A stretch of DNA of 64,000 nucleotides, taken from NCBI RefSeq assembly GCF_022045235.1, contig NW_027266297.1:53196001-53260000 (forward strand). The letters run 5' to 3'. The DNA is from Haliotis cracherodii. Lineage: Eukaryota. The first letter of the stretch is position 1; each line of letters starts with the position of its first letter. Of the stretch, positions 61,713 through 64,000 are shown one piece after another. The notes beneath the pieces were generated by a model that ran no database searches, was not told the DNA's origin, and saw only the letters and a program-made list of their open reading frames with translations. A program made the translations under genes and the position numbers.

Positions 61713-64000
61713 ATGACACAGCTTTACCATATGCCACTAAAACATCTAGTAAGTAATAACCACTGTTTTAATGTCATATATGCCAACGATGATTATAAGC
61801 CCCAATCCAGAGACCTGAGTGTTGTAGTGTATCTGTAATGCGTCTATGTTACAGTTACAGGTGAATCCTACACAGCTATATGAAATTGGTAAAAGAAATG
61901 CCTCAAGTCTTTGTTTCTTCCTAGTGTTTGATGCTGTCCCTGTACGCTGGACCAGCAGCAGTCGCAGGTAATTTTGTGTGATATACTTCTTAGAAAATGA
62001 CAAAATGAACTACTCTGGAAATGTTTTAGTTTTAGCCTTCATAGAGTGTTATAATACCACGTATATCTCAACAGTACTGATGGGCACGGGTGGCCATGTG
62101 GTCTGGGTTGTCGAACTTGTCTGGACATGGCAGCGTCCTAGTCACCATGTGAGGATCCGCTGATTGAGGTTTCGCATCTCTGGTTCTCATTGGTTAGCAT
62201 CACCATGAGTTTCACCAAAGTGGAACATATCTTTTAAGTTTTGAACGTCCTCCTTCAATTAAGCTAACAAAGTAAACTAACATACACAATTATTTGTGCT
62301 GTTTATTTTGCTATCATTTTAACTGGCGCCACATTGCAAAGTTTGAACAATATTATATATCGTTCTGATTTATCCCATTTCATGGATACGGCGGTTATTG
62401 AACTACACATGACCCAGTGTGCTCGACGGCAATATGACAACTGTGTGGATGGTTACAAGGTGGGGAGGGATGCTGGGGAGAGACGTGTAACAGAACTGTG
62501 AAGTCAGAACATGTTATCAAGGGACCGGTAATTGCATTGGTAACTGTAGGGCGAGATGGCACGGCCAGCGTCGTAGGAAATTTTTTTCAATTGATGTTCC
62601 TTAATAAAATTGGTGAAACTATGTAAATTAGCATGGTATTAATATAGTTCAAGATACCAAAAATAATTTGTGAATTGATCTTGATCTTACCATTACAGGT
62701 GCTTCCAAGATACACAATCCCCACTGTGCGAGGTGGCATAGTGGTCAATGTGTGGAATGTTACTACGGGTGGTTTGGACCTCAGTGTGAGAGAAAGTGTG
62801 ACAGGAACTGCTGGACCACTGGGTGTTATAAGGGTACAGGGATCTGTGAACAATGTGTGCCGGGTAGATACGGAAGACATTGTAAAACAAGATGTCCTGA
62901 CAACTGTAGATCGGGTAGAGACGGGACTGTGAACTGTGATCGGGTCGGCGGGAGATGCCAGGAGGGGTGTAAGGAAGATTGGTGGGGAGACACGTGTAGC
63001 AAGCGATGTAATAGTAACTGTAAGAGGGGGGCATGTATCCAGCAATCAGGACATTGTATCGGTGACTGCACACATGGCTGGCACGGATTGCACTGTGACA
63101 AACAGTGTTCAGTTGGGTGTCGTGGAAACCGCTGCAGTTGTGTGACAGGGGTATGTACGCATGGGTGTGGGAAAGGCTGGTCAGGTGAAACATGTGAAGA
63201 GCAAGAACAGCGAAGAGAATGTAGTGCCACGTGTAAAACGCATGAGTGTGATACGAATGGGAGGTGTTTGAAAGGATGTATACATGGATTCAGAGGCAGC
63301 TCCTGTAACGAAACATGTCCGGTGAATTGCCACATTTGTCAACAAGACACAACGTCATGCACGAGATGCGAACACGGATGGCAGGGACCTATCTGTACCA
63401 GCAGAACTATCACACATCATCATCATCGTCCGTCCAAAAAGGAACCGATATTCGACTCACTTGATTCCCCAGCTGTACCAAAAGGTATGTATATCACAAC
63501 CGATAGTGAAGCAGTCAGTCTAATCAAAATGAATGTTTCGGTCCAACTGCTTAACAAATGGATCCATCAAATCATTGTACTTTAATGGACCATCGGACAT
63601 TGAAGTAGTTTAGCTGAGGAATATATCCTGGTTAGTTGAATTCAATATATTGATGATGTATGTTCCTTTAACATAGAAATGAAAACCAAAGACGAAGAAT
63701 AATGCCTTTGCTTGTTAATGTTTTGGTATCATTCTCTTCCTTTCAGGTAGGGCGAACAGCAGGAATAATGGCAACGTGTTGCTGGTCCTGGTAGCTGTGA
63801 TTATCAGTGCAATGGGTCACATTGATCTGTCATGTTATGCCTATGAAACAGTCCGAATACAAGGAACCGTACGATACATCTTACAAAAGTTACGGCTACA
63901 CGTAAAACGGTTGTGTGTGCAGATTGCATGTCATGAGTGTACACTAGTTCATGCGTTTGTAAATTGGCGGTTCCAAAGGCCGTCAATATCAGATTGTATG
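61713..64000 (+). CDS. Gene 7: multiple-EGF-like cell-surface protein, closest to gene 4; last exon open to the window end
   Basis: Predicted exons: 61713-61748 (MTQLYHMPLKHL|gtaagt), 61925-61967 (CLMLSLYAGPAAVA|gtaatt), 62699-63484 (EGF repeats, HHHH linker|gtatgt), 63747 to beyond 64000 (GRANSRNNGNVLLVLVAVIISAMGHID... with no stop in the window). Confidence 0.8.
62385..62578 (+). pseudogene. Dead EGF pseudo-exon inside intron 2 of gene 7
   Basis: Remnants QCARRQYDNCVD, GCWGETCN and CYQGTGNCIGNCRARWHGQ with indels. The acceptor-like CCCATTTCAT lacks AG. Confidence 0.7.

Overview
Eukaryotic, AT-rich, intron-containing genomic DNA. It is most likely molluscan (the repeat landscape recalls abalone-type gastropods; this is an inference). 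There are two N-gaps. The window holds a + strand tandem array of cysteine-rich multiple-EGF-like cell-surface genes (MEGF10/11, SCARF/SREC, CED-1/Draper-like). Six can be rebuilt by hand from GT-AG splice sites, and there is one chimeric pseudogene plus several relic exons. All six have a signal peptide on one or two tiny exons, one 0.75-0.9 kb phase-1/phase-1 exon carrying the whole EGF ectodomain, and a membrane-anchor exon. Only gene 2 has a clear transmembrane helix plus a long tyrosine-motif cytoplasmic tail ending in LDYTDV. Genes 1, 3 and 6 end in short GPI-signal-like tails. Genes 4 and 7 read through into longer tails. Four paralogous last exons share a G-U-containing RNA hairpin with compensatory substitutions. 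The rest is transposon debris: Tc1/mariner elements with TIRs, RTE/L2-like and RNase H-bearing LINEs, Penelope fragments and several SINE families with TSDs. All gene models are manual predictions without transcript evidence.
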